Below, in pieces: positions 12,003 to 22,171 of a stretch of DNA of 64,000 nt. The translations under genes and the position numbers were made by a program. Source of the DNA: an uncultured bacterium (GTDB lineage: Bacteria > Zhuqueibacterota > QNDG01 > DTFT01); NCBI GenBank assembly GCA_963736115.1, contig CAVTNR010000012.1, forward strand, positions 288,001-352,000. Direction: 5' to 3'. The notes below the pieces were generated by a model, which saw nothing but the letters and a program-made list of their open reading frames with translations, ran no database searches and was not told the DNA's origin. The stretch's first letter is position 1. Each line of letters opens with the position of its first letter.

Positions 12003-13858
12003 GGCCGCACCGCTTTCCGTATCGCCGCGGCCACGGATTCGGCATCCAGTCCGGTCTGGAGGAACAGATCCTCCAGGCATCCGTGCGGGACGAACCGGTC
12101 GGGCAGGGCGATCCGTCGCACCCAGCAGTCGGGCAGGTTCATTTCAGACAATGCCTCGGAGACGCCGCTTCCGAATCCGCCGACCCCGGTGTTGTTTTCC
12201 AGGGTGAACAGCACGGGAATGGACCGGGCCGCCTCCTCCAGCGCCTGCCGGTCGACGGGTTTGACGAACCGCGCATTGACGACACGCACCGACAGCCCGT
12301 CGCGCTCCAGACGTCCGGCCGCTTCGAGCGCGACCTGAACCATGTCGCCGACCGCGAACACGGCCGCGTCGCGGCCCTCGCGAACCGTCTCGGACCGGCC
12401 GATCGGGATTTCCGTGAATCCGGACTTTTCCGGAAGGCCGAGCGTCTCTGAGCGGGGATAGCGCACGGCGACCGGACCTGGGTGCCGTACTGCTGTGTAG
12501 AGCATGTCGCGGAATTCGTTCTCGTCCTTCGGCGCCATCACCACGAGGTTGGGGATCATACGCAGGTAAGTGAGGTCGAAGGATCCGTGATGGGTGGGCC
12601 CGTCCTCTCCGACCAGCCCGCCGCGGTCCACGGCGAACACGACCGGCAGGTTCTGAAGGGCCACGTCGTGGATGATGGAATCAACGGCACGCTGAAGAAA
12701 AGTCGAGTATATCGCCACAACCGGCCGCAGTCCCCGCCTCGCCAGCCCGGCCGCGAAGGTCACAGCATGCTGTTCGGCGATGCCGACATCGAAAAACCGG
12801 GACGGGAAGCGCACCGCGAATTCGCAGAGACCGGTTCCGTTGGCCATGGCCGCGGTAATGGCCGTAATCGATGGGTCCGACTCCGCGAGTTCGATGAGCG
12901 TCTTGCCGAACACGTCCGTGTACGATGGATTGGACCGGGGAGGAGTTTTTCCCGTATCGAGGCAGAACGAGGAAATACCGTGAAACCGCGTGGCATCCTC
13001 CTCCGCGTACTTGTAGCCCTTCCCCTTGGTCGTCATCACGTGCAGGAGGATGGGGCCGTGGAGCTTGCGGATCTCCCGGAGAATCCAGAGCAGTTCCGGC
13101 AGATCATGTCCGTCGACCGGCCCGAAGTACCGGAAGCCCAGCCGCTCGAACAAGCCGCTGGGGACGAGCAGGGCCTTGATCACCTCGTCGAGCCGTCGCA
13201 CGGAGCGGCGGAGAACACCCGACCGGTGAGTCGCATGCCACAGGACGGTCTTGACGCGGTTGTAGGCCGGCGCCGCGATGAGTTTGTTCAGGTACCGGGA
13301 CAGGGCGCCGACATTGGGCGCGATGGACATGGTGTTGTCGTTGAGCACGACAATCAGGTCGCGCTTCGCGGCGCCCGCGTTGTTCAGGCCCTCAAAGGCC
13401 AGCCCGCCCGTCATCGCGCCGTCTCCCACCACTGCGATGACGGAGTGGGATTCGCCCTTCAGGTCGCGGCCCGCGGCGAGGCCGAGCGCGGCCGAGATGG
13501 CCGTCGAGGCGTGGCCGGCGCCGAATGCGTCGTATTCGCTTTCCGTGATTTTGGGGAATCCGCTGATGCCGCCCGTCTGGCGGAGGGTGTGGAAGCGGTC
13601 CCTGCGGCCCGTGAGGATTTTGTGAATATAGGCCTGGTGCCCCACATCCCAGACGATCTTGTCCTCAGGCGCGTCGAACGCGGCGTGCAGGGCGATAGTG
13701 AGTTCGATCACGCCCAGGTTCGGCGCCAGGTGGCCGCCGGTGCGGGAGACGGATTCGGTGACGAATTCGCGCAGCTCGTCCGCGAGCCTTTGCAGGTCCG
13801 TGATGTCCAGCGATTTGAGGTCCCGGGGGGACTGGATGGTGTCGAGAATGCGGCTCAT
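11999..13858 (-). CDS. dxs: 1-deoxy-D-xylulose-5-phosphate synthase
   Basis: GGHLAPNLG, WDVGHQAY, GDGAMTGG, DVGIAEQHA, DGPTHHG; start MSRILD. Confidence 0.98.
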   Translation of the reverse strand: MSRILDTIQSPRDLKSLDITDLQRLADELREFVTESVSRTGGHLAPNLGVIELTIALHAAFDAPEDKIVWDVGHQAYIHKILTGRRDRFHTLRQTGGISGFPKITESEYDAFGAGHASTAISAALGLAAGRDLKGESHSVIAVVGDGAMTGGLAFEGLNNAGAAKRDLIVVLNDNTMSIAPNVGALSRYLNKLIAAPAYNRVKTVLWHATHRSGVLRRSVRRLDEVIKALLVPSGLFERLGFRYFGPVDGHDLPELLWILREIRKLHGPILLHVMTTKGKGYKYAEEDATRFHGISSFCLDTGKTPPRSNPSYTDVFGKTLIELAESDPSITAITAAMANGTGLCEFAVRFPSRFFDVGIAEQHAVTFAAGLARRGLRPVVAIYSTFLQRAVDSIIHDVALQNLPVVFAVDRGGLVGEDGPTHHGSFDLTYLRMIPNLVVMAPKDENEFRDMLYTAVRHPGPVAVRYPRSETLGLPEKSGFTEIPIGRSETVREGRDAAVFAVGDMVQVALEAAGRLERDGLSVRVVNARFVKPVDRQALEEAARSIPVLFTLENNTGVGGFGSGVSEALSEMNLPDCWVRRIALPDRFVPHGCLEDLFLQTGLDAESVAAAIRKAVRP

Positions 13859-13860
13859 GC

Positions 13861-14103
13861 CTATTGGATCAGCTCGAGTTGGGGGGATCCGTCCTCTCCC
13901 TTGACCAGTTTCCGGAGCCGTAATTCCGCGTCCTGAAGCCGATCGGCGCAGATCTTGGCGAGGGCCATGCCCTCCTCGTACGCCTGGAGGGATTCCTCGA
14001 GCGTCGCGTCTCCGCTTTCGAGCTTCTCGACGATGGCCTCCATGCGTTCGAAAGCCTGCTCGAACGTCATCGAAGCGGGGGTCTGGGATCGGGTCGGTTT
14101 CAT
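13861..14103 (-). CDS. xseB: exodeoxyribonuclease VII small subunit
   Basis: TFEQAFERMEAIVEKLESG..TLEESLQAYEEG; between xseA and dxs. Confidence 0.95.
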   Translation of the reverse strand: MKPTRSQTPASMTFEQAFERMEAIVEKLESGDATLEESLQAYEEGMALAKICADRLQDAELRLRKLVKGEDGSPQLELIQ

Positions 14104-15347
14104 GTTTCCAGGGACTCCACTCGGCCGAGAACGGCGCCTTCCGAGAACCGGATGCGCACGCCCTCGGCGGGTTCGAGTTCCGACGCGCGGGTGACGATGC
14201 GTCCGTCCTTGAGCCGCGAGGTGATGCTGTAGCCGCGCCGGAGAACCGCCTCAGGATCGAGCGCGGAAAGCCGGCCGGCCGCGGTTTCGAGCTTCGCACG
14301 GCGGCCGCGGATGGTCTCCAAGGCCGCGGTTTCAAGCGAGCGGGCCGAGTCGTCCAGCCTCTGCCTCAGTTCGCGGATCCGCTCCCCCGGCACGCGAAGC
14401 CCCCACCGGCCGCGCAGGTTCGACACCCGCTCAACCCGCAGGCCGATGCCGTCCGAAACGAGCCGGCTCACGCGGCCCGCCAGGACGCGGATCCGTTCCT
14501 CCAGTTCCCGCCTGTCCTTCACCACCAGCTCGGCCGCGGCCGAAGGCGTGGGCGCCCGGAGGTCGGCCGCGAAATCGCAAATGGAAAAATCAGTCTCGTG
14601 CCCCACCGCGGAGACGACGGGAATTGCGGATCCGGCGACGGCGCGGGCCACCGCCTCTTCATTGAACGCCCAAAGGTCCTCGAGGGATCCGCCGCCCCGG
14701 CCGACGATGAGCACGTCGATTCCGCCGAGCGCGTTCAGCTCCCGTATGGCGGCGGCCACATCTTCAGCCGCGCCCGCTCCCTGCACCGCGGCCGGCCGGA
14801 GCACCACCTCCACCCAGGGCGCCCGCCGGCCGATGACGCTCAGCATGTCGCGGAGCGCGGCCCCGCTTTCGGAGGTGACGATGCCGATCCGCCGGGGGAA
14901 TTCGGGGATCGGCTTCTTGCGGTCCTCGTCGAACAGTCCCTCTCCGGCCAGCTTGCGCTTCAGCGCTTCGAACGCGGCCTGCAGGGCGCCGATGCCCAGG
15001 GGCCTCAGCCACAGGGTGTCAAGCTGGTATTTCCCCTGCCGCTCGTACACAGTGAGCGTGCCGAACGCCAGCACATGGTCGCCGTCCTTGGGCTGAAAAG
15101 CGAGGCCGCTTGCGCGGCCGCGCCAGAGCACGCAGGCGATCTGGGCTTCGGCGTCCTTGAGCGAAAAATAGAGATGGCCGGAAGTGTGCCGTTTGAAATT
15201 GGAGATCTCGCCCTCCACGGCGAGCGGGGCGAACCCCTCGTCGAGGGCGCGCTTGATTTCGCGCGTGATCTCCCGGACAGAATAAACCCTCCATTCGGAG
15301 GGTTTTGAGGCGGATTCGAAATCCTCTTCCGGACCGATGTCGATCAT
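14100..15347 (-). CDS. xseA: exodeoxyribonuclease VII large subunit
   Basis: GEISNF..HTSGHLYFSLKD, GRGGGSLEDL, VSAVGHETD, RAPTPSAAAE. Confidence 0.97.
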   Translation of the reverse strand: MIDIGPEEDFESASKPSEWRVYSVREITREIKRALDEGFAPLAVEGEISNFKRHTSGHLYFSLKDAEAQIACVLWRGRASGLAFQPKDGDHVLAFGTLTVYERQGKYQLDTLWLRPLGIGALQAAFEALKRKLAGEGLFDEDRKKPIPEFPRRIGIVTSESGAALRDMLSVIGRRAPWVEVVLRPAAVQGAGAAEDVAAAIRELNALGGIDVLIVGRGGGSLEDLWAFNEEAVARAVAGSAIPVVSAVGHETDFSICDFAADLRAPTPSAAAELVVKDRRELEERIRVLAGRVSRLVSDGIGLRVERVSNLRGRWGLRVPGERIRELRQRLDDSARSLETAALETIRGRRAKLETAAGRLSALDPEAVLRRGYSITSRLKDGRIVTRASELEPAEGVRIRFSEGAVLGRVESLET

Positions 15348-15439
15348 CGAATCTTCTTTTTATGTCGGTTCTTGCGCAGGCGTTTCTTGCGCTTGTGCGT
15401 GGCGATCTTGTGACGCTTGCGTTTACGGCCGCAGGGCAA
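15344..15439 (-). CDS. small basic ribosomal protein bS22 (AURKAIP1/COX24/mS38-like)
   Basis: TTG start, MPCGRKRKRHKIATHKRKKRLRKNRHKKKIR*, strong RBS AAGGAGG; below ORF-track size cutoff. Confidence 0.9.
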   Translation of the reverse strand: MPCGRKRKRHKIATHKRKKRLRKNRHKKKIR

Positions 15440-15460
15440 TGCTCATCCCTCCTTTCGGGA

Positions 15461-15826
15461 TTATTCTTCTATAAAATAACGATCCAATTCGGTGAAGAGT
15501 TCGGTCTGGCTGGCGGGCACGCCGGCTTCGGATTTCTCCCCGTCGCTGAGCCCGCGGGTGACGGCCGCCTTGATCTGGGGCGAGGGCTTGAAATCCGGGA
15601 CAATCCGGTCGGGGATGTGCATGACCACCCCGGTCTTGGGATTGGCCACGACCTTCTTACGCCTCCGCCTCAGGCAGAAGGTGCCGAACCCCCTCAGCTC
15701 GACGTGCTCGCCGCTCTGAAGGGCGAAGGTGATCATCGACAGAAAACCGTCCACCACCGCGGCCGTTTCTTTGCGGGTCAATCCCGTTCCCTTGGCGATG
15801 CGGTCGACGATGTCGGCTTTGGTCAT
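15461..15826 (-). CDS. HU/IHF family DNA-binding protein
   Basis: MTKADIV...VELRGFGTF...NPKTG...PDFKPS; acidic C-terminal extension. Confidence 0.95.
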   Translation of the reverse strand: MTKADIVDRIAKGTGLTRKETAAVVDGFLSMITFALQSGEHVELRGFGTFCLRRRRKKVVANPKTGVVMHIPDRIVPDFKPSPQIKAAVTRGLSDGEKSEAGVPASQTELFTELDRYFIEE

Positions 15827-15867
15827 GCGTCACCTCCCCGGTTTCGGGATGAGACCGGTTGGCTGCT

Positions 15868-16806
15868 TCAGGGCATCCGGTAGGCCAGGCGCGCCCCTCC
15901 CAGGTGGCGTAAAATCCCTTCCGTCTGCTGGAACAGCAGATCGAACAGCGTGATGCGCCTGGAACGCCAGCGGATCAGCTCCGGCTCGCCTTTGATTTTC
16001 CCCATTCGGCCCGCGATGCGTATGGCATCGCGGTAATCCCCGAGCGTGTCCACCAGTCCGATTTCCAAAGCCTGCCTGCCGGTGAACACGCGGCCGTCCG
16101 CGATGCCGAGAACGGCTTCCCGGTCGAGCCCCCGCTCGGCCGACACCACGTCCACGAACTGGCCGTACGCGTCGTCGATCCACGACTGGAGATAGGCCTT
16201 GTCGGCCTCGGTCAGTTCGCGGTAGGGCGATCCCGAGTCCTTGAAACGGCCGCTTTTCAGCGTTTCGAACTTCACGCCGATTTTATCGAGCAGTTTCTCC
16301 GCGTTCATGAATTCCGCGATGACGCCGATGCTGCCCGTGGTGGTTCCGGGATTGGCCACGACCGTGTCCGCGCCGCAGGCGGCGTAATACCCGCCCGACG
16401 CGGCCACGGTGCCCATCGACACCACGACCGGCTTGCCGCCGTCGCGCACCCGTTTCGCGGCCTCGTATATTTCCTGCGAAGGGGCCACGTATCCGCCCGG
16501 ACTCTCGATGCGGAAGACGATGGCCTTGACGCTCTTCTGTTTGCCGAAGGTTTCGAACTGCTTGACGATGCGTTCGGAACTGTAAATCGGTCCCAAGAGT
16601 TCCACAACGCCGACGTTGCCGCTTCCTTCGGAGAAGCCGACAGTCTCGGCGGAGCGGTTTCCGGAAACCCGGGCCGCCATCCAGAGAATGGCAATGATAA
16701 AAGCGGCCGCAATGCAGAGACCGATGATCCAGTCCCGCCTGGAACGCGAGGTTCCTGAGGCCGCTGTCTTTGCGCCCGTTTTTGTGGTTGTCCTGTTTTG
16801 AGGCAT
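15868..16806 (-). CDS. sppA: signal peptide peptidase SppA (S49, 36K type)
   Basis: IESPGG, AASGGYY, TTTGSIGVI, ADGRVFTG, GLVD. Confidence 0.95.
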   Translation of the reverse strand: MPQNRTTTKTGAKTAASGTSRSRRDWIIGLCIAAAFIIAILWMAARVSGNRSAETVGFSEGSGNVGVVELLGPIYSSERIVKQFETFGKQKSVKAIVFRIESPGGYVAPSQEIYEAAKRVRDGGKPVVVSMGTVAASGGYYAACGADTVVANPGTTTGSIGVIAEFMNAEKLLDKIGVKFETLKSGRFKDSGSPYRELTEADKAYLQSWIDDAYGQFVDVVSAERGLDREAVLGIADGRVFTGRQALEIGLVDTLGDYRDAIRIAGRMGKIKGEPELIRWRSRRITLFDLLFQQTEGILRHLGGARLAYRMP

Positions 16807-16818
16807 ATCTATCCTTAT

Positions 16819-16847
16819 ATTTTAATGAAATCTATCGTAAAAGTCAA
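16819..16847 (-). promoter_or_regulatory. sigma70 promoter of sppA operon
   Basis: TTGACT-N17-TAAAAT. Confidence 0.7.
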
Positions 16848-17028
16848 ACATAAAAAGGTCCTTCTTTATATAAAAGGCCCGTCCGGCTGAGAGATGACGG
16901 GTCAATATGGCCGAATGGGCCCGGCTTGCCACACTCATCTATTAATATAATCAAGCAATTGCGGGCATAACAGGGTTGCTGAATTTTCTTTTATCGCATA
17001 ATTAACAGATACTTGCGTTGCTATGGAT

Positions 17029-17067
17029 AAAAAAAACACCTCCGAATCGTCTGTAAATTCGGAGGTG
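17029..17067 (-). terminator. intrinsic terminator
   Basis: CACCTCCGAAT...ATTCGGAGGTG stem with T8 tract on minus strand. Confidence 0.85.
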
Positions 17068-17099
17068 GTTCAATTATCCTGATTTCCGGTCCAGAAGGA

Positions 17100-17819
17100 T
17101 CAGCCTTCCGGTTCCATGAAAAAATTGACGATAATTCTGGTCACAGGCGACATTTTCGCCACAATGACCGTGTCCCTGTATCCGGGACAGTGCGCCCGCA
17201 GGGGGATCGTATTGGCTTTCAGCCGGAACGAATACTGACCCCAGTCGTCCGTGTCCAGCAGGCTGTCCCCCACAAACACTTGTTTTTCATTCCAATCGAA
17301 AAGAGGCTCTTTCTGCTGAATCGTCGCGCCCGTGGCTTCGTCGTATATCTGCTTGGCGTCCCACAAGGCCTTTCCAGGATTCACGGTCAGAGAATCGCGC
17401 CAAATGACCGCGTGATGGAATTCGCCTATGGCGCGCTTTTCCGTTACGTCCGGGCTGAGCGTGAAATCCAGGAGAACGTCACTCCCCTTACCCACCTGTA
17501 TGGTCAGTACGGTATCCCGGTGGTTCAGGGCGGCTCCGGTCAACGTGTAGGTTCCCGGTTCCAGGGACGCGATGCGGAACGCGCCCGTTGCGTCCGCGGA
17601 TGCCAGAAGCTTGTTCCCGTCGAACACCCATGCGGGTCGTCCGACCGCCATATTCGTCAGGCTGTTCCGAAGAACTCCATGGATCGAGCCTTTTGTGTTC
17701 TTCGATTCCGTCGGATTGTCGCAGGCAACAAATGCAAAAGTCAGGGCGGACAGGAGCAGAACCGCCGGACCCTTTATTGTTCGAATTCGATTTGCAGTCA
17801 TTATGCCGCTTCCCTTCAC
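17100..17819 (-). CDS. lipoprotein with carboxypeptidase-regulatory-like (transthyretin-like Ig) domains
   Basis: Lipobox FVAC; GSIHGVLR...GAFRIASLEPGTYTL. Confidence 0.7.
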   Translation of the reverse strand: MKGSGIMTANRIRTIKGPAVLLLSALTFAFVACDNPTESKNTKGSIHGVLRNSLTNMAVGRPAWVFDGNKLLASADATGAFRIASLEPGTYTLTGAALNHRDTVLTIQVGKGSDVLLDFTLSPDVTEKRAIGEFHHAVIWRDSLTVNPGKALWDAKQIYDEATGATIQQKEPLFDWNEKQVFVGDSLLDTDDWGQYSFRLKANTIPLRAHCPGYRDTVIVAKMSPVTRIIVNFFMEPEG

Positions 17820-19717
17820 TTCGCCATTACCATTTTTCTTTCCGCTCTGAACGAACGGCCCTCTGACTGCGCCGTGATCCGGCAGATATACACGCCCGTC
17901 GGAACCGGGGAGCCGTTGTCATCCAGGCCGTTCCATTGCCTCGACCGCTCGCCCGGAACATCCGTGCCTTCGAACAGCGTGCGGATTCTGCGGCCCGTTG
18001 CGTCGTACACGGTCAGCCGAACTTCGGATACTGCGTTCAGGTTGTACTGGATCGTGGTCGACGCGTTGAACGGATTGGGATAATTCGGTTCCAGGCTGAA
18101 CCCCCGCGGACCGCCGGATCCCTCGGGCCTTTCCAGGACCGGCGAAATCACGTTGGTGGACAGCTCGATGCCCGTGTTCAGGCCGAGATTCCGGGAGTAC
18201 TTTTTGTCCACATCGTTGTTCCAGTGCTCGTGCGCGCCCATGCTGGCGGGCATCGGAATTCCGTCATGATCCGGATCGTACGACAGGCCGGACGGCCAGT
18301 TGTTGGAGTCCGCGGCCTGGTGCAGGTAATCGTCCGTGCCAGCGAAATGCGGGAACGGCCCCTTGTTGTCCGTGGCCGGCGCGCCTTCGGTCGGATGGTC
18401 CGCGTCGAACTCCTTGTACAGAAAATCGAAACACACGGATTCGACCGCGACCTGATCCTGCGAGAGAAAGAGGGAATTGGGCCAGTCATTGTTGAAGGGG
18501 GTCATTTCCCACTTGACCGCCGGATGGCCCCAGTTGACCGAGCTCCAGAGTCCGTCCACGAGGATGAGAAGCGTCTTGAGTCCCAGGTCCTTATGTCCCA
18601 TGAAGTCCACGAAGCTCCTGTAAACCCCGTACTCGCCGTTGTTGACTTCGCCCCCGCCTTCAGTGGCCGGCAGGCTCGGGTGCAGGTGCCAGGCGCCTCC
18701 GGTGAAAGCGCCGAGGGAACCGAAATGGTTCTTGCATGCGATTGAAATGCCGGACCGGTGATGCTTTTTGAAGACCGGGAGGTTGATCAGGTAAGCCGCG
18801 TCCACGTAAGTCTGCGGCACCTTGTCCTCGAATGATCCGTCGCTGGCGAATAATCTGGGACTGCTCGAGGCTGTGACCGAGGTCATCCCGGGCCCGGAGC
18901 CCCAGTACTTCACATTCGGGTAGACGTCGTGGAGTTTGTTGTAGGTGGCGGTGTTCATGCCCACGTTCGTATCGCCGATGTGAATGTCGGCCTGGGCCAC
19001 GCCGACGACATCGATGAGCTGACCCAGGAGGGCCAGACAGACCTGCGGAGACGTATTGATATTGGCGTCCCTGCGGGAGCCGTTGTTCAAGCCGTTGAGA
19101 TTGATCTTGATCACGAACTTTTCGCCCGCTGTGTATCCCACATCACCCTTGCCGCGCTGCTGATTGAAGTGCCGGATAAGGGCGTTCCATGCGGCCGCAT
19201 CGCTCTCCTGCCCCGTCAGTCTCAGCATACCCTCGGACAGCATCTGATTGACGACCGCCTGGTTGGTGTTTTCATCCGAGTACCAGTAATCCCCGTTCGA
19301 ATTCTTGCAGGTCTCGTCCGTGGCCGCGGGGTTGTGTATCCACGCCACGCGCCCGGGATAGATGCCCGTGCCCGTGCCCATCGGGAGGTTCGGACCTTCC
19401 AAAGTGGTCGTCAGCGACGCGCGGCTCTCTGCGGGCCGGGAAAGTTGAGAGACAAGCGCCAGGGTCACGGCCGCCGCAATCGCAAAACCGGCCAGAACCG
19501 TGCGCGACTGGACCATGAACTGGCGCGCCTTCTTAAAGAGAAGAACGGAGCCGAACAGGCCCATGACATAGACAACGAATGCGGAGGCCAGGGGCGCCGC
19601 TGCTTTCATGCACGGATACTGCGCGCGGCTCGGTTTGGGGATAACCCGGATCAGGAACCAGAGCAGGGATGACAGTCCGAGTACCGGAAGGAACAGATTC
19701 TTGAAGAGTTTTTTCAT
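17816..19717 (-). CDS. DUF362-domain protein with FlgD/T9SS-like C-terminal domain
   Basis: WFLIRVIPKPSRAQYPC N-terminus, IKINLN, INLPVFKKH..GISIACKNHFG, NYPNPFN...WNGLDDNG..VPTGVY. Confidence 0.8.
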   Translation of the reverse strand: MKKLFKNLFLPVLGLSSLLWFLIRVIPKPSRAQYPCMKAAAPLASAFVVYVMGLFGSVLLFKKARQFMVQSRTVLAGFAIAAAVTLALVSQLSRPAESRASLTTTLEGPNLPMGTGTGIYPGRVAWIHNPAATDETCKNSNGDYWYSDENTNQAVVNQMLSEGMLRLTGQESDAAAWNALIRHFNQQRGKGDVGYTAGEKFVIKINLNGLNNGSRRDANINTSPQVCLALLGQLIDVVGVAQADIHIGDTNVGMNTATYNKLHDVYPNVKYWGSGPGMTSVTASSSPRLFASDGSFEDKVPQTYVDAAYLINLPVFKKHHRSGISIACKNHFGSLGAFTGGAWHLHPSLPATEGGGEVNNGEYGVYRSFVDFMGHKDLGLKTLLILVDGLWSSVNWGHPAVKWEMTPFNNDWPNSLFLSQDQVAVESVCFDFLYKEFDADHPTEGAPATDNKGPFPHFAGTDDYLHQAADSNNWPSGLSYDPDHDGIPMPASMGAHEHWNNDVDKKYSRNLGLNTGIELSTNVISPVLERPEGSGGPRGFSLEPNYPNPFNASTTIQYNLNAVSEVRLTVYDATGRRIRTLFEGTDVPGERSRQWNGLDDNGSPVPTGVYICRITAQSEGRSFRAERKMVMAK

Positions 19718-20050
19718 TGAAAACCTCCTGTGGTGAAGAAAGCCTCGGCGGCCCGTTCAAACGGGGTCGGCCGGTCCGGATGGACCGTACCCCCTCCCCG
19801 CCAGGCATTCCGCGAATGAGTCAATTTACTGATAATTCCAGGAAAAGCAAGGTAAAAAAATGTAAAAAAGACATTGAAAAATATGGGGTTATAAAGCAGA
19901 AAAAGGCCCGAGATCTTATAACCTCAGCCCTTCATCTGATGACAATAGGAATCATCACTATTTGGAGGACATTTTATATGGTGTGGCTCATTCGAATTAC
20001 TCGCTCCCAGAAGGTCCCCTTCTTCCGTTCAGTAAAATCATGTGACCGTA

Positions 20051-20113
20051 AGAAAAACGCCGGCGCACCCGGGCTGCCGGAAGGGAGGCGGTTGTCGGAT
20101 GCGCCGGCTTGTT
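20051..20113. terminator. long hairpin terminator after beta-propeller gene
   Basis: GCCGGCGCACCCG...CGGATGCGCCGGC with A-tract on the left. Confidence 0.6.
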
Positions 20114-20122
20114 AAAGCCCTC

Positions 20123-21925
20123 CTATCGGAGGAGGGTCATTTTCCTCGCCCAGACACGCGGCTCGCCGTCCGCCAGTACGGACAGCCGGCATACGTACAA
20201 GCCGGATCCGGCCGGACGCCCCGCGTCATCCATCCCGTCCCAGCGGACGGAATGCACGCCGGCTTCGACCGTCCCGGCCGCGAGCGTCCGCACGCGGCCG
20301 CCCCTGGAATCAATCACTTCCAGGCGGACCGAAGCGCGCTTCGGAAGCGCGAATGATACGGCCGTCTCCGGATTGAAGGGATTCGGGTAATTGGCGTTCA
20401 ACCCGAATTCCGAAGGAACCGCGCCCCCGTCCGTTTCCACTGCGCTCGGGCCGACGATCCGAAACTGATAGATCTTGGTGCCGGAATTCGCCGTGAGATT
20501 GTATTTGGAGCTGAAATTCACCAGAAAGCTGTACCGGGTCTTCCGTACGGTGGAAGGATCGATGGCCGCGGTCACGGTTTTCGTTTCGCCGGGCCCCAAC
20601 GCGAAACGGGTCTCGGACAGGACGATCGCGTTCGCCTTGACGAGAGCGGAGCCCATGGTCAGGCTCAGGGTCACGGAATCCGGTCCCGCGCCCTGGTTGA
20701 CGAACTCGAACGGCACGTCCACAATGCCGCTGTCCGAGGGAATGTCCCCGAGCTGGATGGTGGCCGGGTCCGCGAAGCCCGTTTTCGGAGACTGCTGGCT
20801 CGTGAACACGGCCGGGTCGATGGCGTACACAAAACCGCTCGAACACCCGAAATACACTTTCCCATCCGAGAGTACGGGCGAAGAATGCACCTGGCCGCCG
20901 CAGTCCATCTTGTACACCGCCGCTCCGGTCGCCTTGTCGAGCGCCCACAATCCGCCTCGAGTCTCGTGCGTCTCCCAGCCGGTGCCCGCGAAGACATAGT
21001 CTCCGGCTGCCAGCGGCCGGCCGTATACGCGGCCGTCCACGCCTCCAACCCACTTCTGCGTGCCGTTGTCCGCGTTAATGGCGATGACATAGCTCTGGTT
21101 CGAACTGCCCAAATAGAACACGCCGTCGTACAGGACAGGCCCGCCCATGGCCCACAAAGCGGCCGGGTCTCGGTACATCCACTTCTTCTCGCCCGTTTCC
21201 GCGTCCAGCGCGATCAGGTAGGTATGCCGGCCGCCGAAATGCACCTTGCCGTCATGGATAATGGGTTCCCACTGGATGAGATTGACCCAGCTGTATGTGC
21301 CGTCGAGCCGCGTGTCATAGGCCCAGAGCCGCTCGCCCGTGACCCGGTCGAACACGTGGAGCACGCCGTCCCAGGTGCCGACGTAAATCTTGCCGTTGTA
21401 AACGGCAGGCGTCGTTTCGACCGTGGACCGGTCGTCCGGCGCCTGGCAGTGGAGAACCTGGTTTCCGGTCGCGACTTCGATTCCGAACACTTCGCCGTTC
21501 TCCGAACCGATATAGGCGATTCCGTCGACGATCTTGGGAGAGGAATGGAAATCGTCATAGGGGTCGTTCCGCTCCACAACCGGCGCCTCGGACAGCCGGG
21601 TTTTCCACAGCAGGCCGCCCTGTAGGTCGAGACCGTACAGGTGATTCCCGCTTTCGAAGCAGAGCGTTCCCTCGTGGAGCGCGGCTGTCGAGTAGATCTG
21701 GTCGTCCGACTTGAACCGCCACTGTTCCGCGCCGGTCGCAGCGTCGAGCGCGTAGAACACGCTGTCCACACTGCCGATGTACACGATGCCTTCATGGATG
21801 AATGGCGTGGCATACACCTGACTGTTCGTCTTAAACCGCCAGACCAGGGGATCAGCCGAAAAGACGGACAAGGCCGGCAGCAGCAGGCAGGCCCATAAGA
21901 CGAACCGGTTGATCGAGTGTCTCAT
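20123..21925 (-). CDS. PQQ-like (BamB-type) beta-propeller secreted protein with FlgD/T9SS-like CTD
   Basis: Repeated YALDAATG..W blades; signal peptide from MRHSINR; NYPNPFNPET...WDGMDDAG. Confidence 0.85.
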   Translation of the reverse strand: MRHSINRFVLWACLLLPALSVFSADPLVWRFKTNSQVYATPFIHEGIVYIGSVDSVFYALDAATGAEQWRFKSDDQIYSTAALHEGTLCFESGNHLYGLDLQGGLLWKTRLSEAPVVERNDPYDDFHSSPKIVDGIAYIGSENGEVFGIEVATGNQVLHCQAPDDRSTVETTPAVYNGKIYVGTWDGVLHVFDRVTGERLWAYDTRLDGTYSWVNLIQWEPIIHDGKVHFGGRHTYLIALDAETGEKKWMYRDPAALWAMGGPVLYDGVFYLGSSNQSYVIAINADNGTQKWVGGVDGRVYGRPLAAGDYVFAGTGWETHETRGGLWALDKATGAAVYKMDCGGQVHSSPVLSDGKVYFGCSSGFVYAIDPAVFTSQQSPKTGFADPATIQLGDIPSDSGIVDVPFEFVNQGAGPDSVTLSLTMGSALVKANAIVLSETRFALGPGETKTVTAAIDPSTVRKTRYSFLVNFSSKYNLTANSGTKIYQFRIVGPSAVETDGGAVPSEFGLNANYPNPFNPETAVSFALPKRASVRLEVIDSRGGRVRTLAAGTVEAGVHSVRWDGMDDAGRPAGSGLYVCRLSVLADGEPRVWARKMTLLR

Positions 21926-22023
21926 ACTGAACCTCGCAGACTTGGATGACCTAAACGTGGAAAACCGCCGCATGGCCTGCTTTCCGTGAACGCCTGCAAG
22001 ATAGAAAAACAGGAGGTCTTTGT

Positions 22024-22047
22024 CGTCCGACTGCATGAAGTCGAACG
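22024..22047. promoter_or_regulatory. inverted repeat, putative operator for adjacent AraC regulator
   Basis: CGTCCGACT-N6-AGTCGAACG upstream of the beta-propeller gene. Confidence 0.45.
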
Positions 22048-22171
22048 CGGTCGCGGAGTTCTGCTCGAGCGTCAGCGATGGACAAAAGGAAGAACGGCCG
22101 CTTCGGAGAATCGGTTTAGTTCAATGATATTAGTGGATTGGAGGGTACAGCGGACAGATAACCGGATGCTT

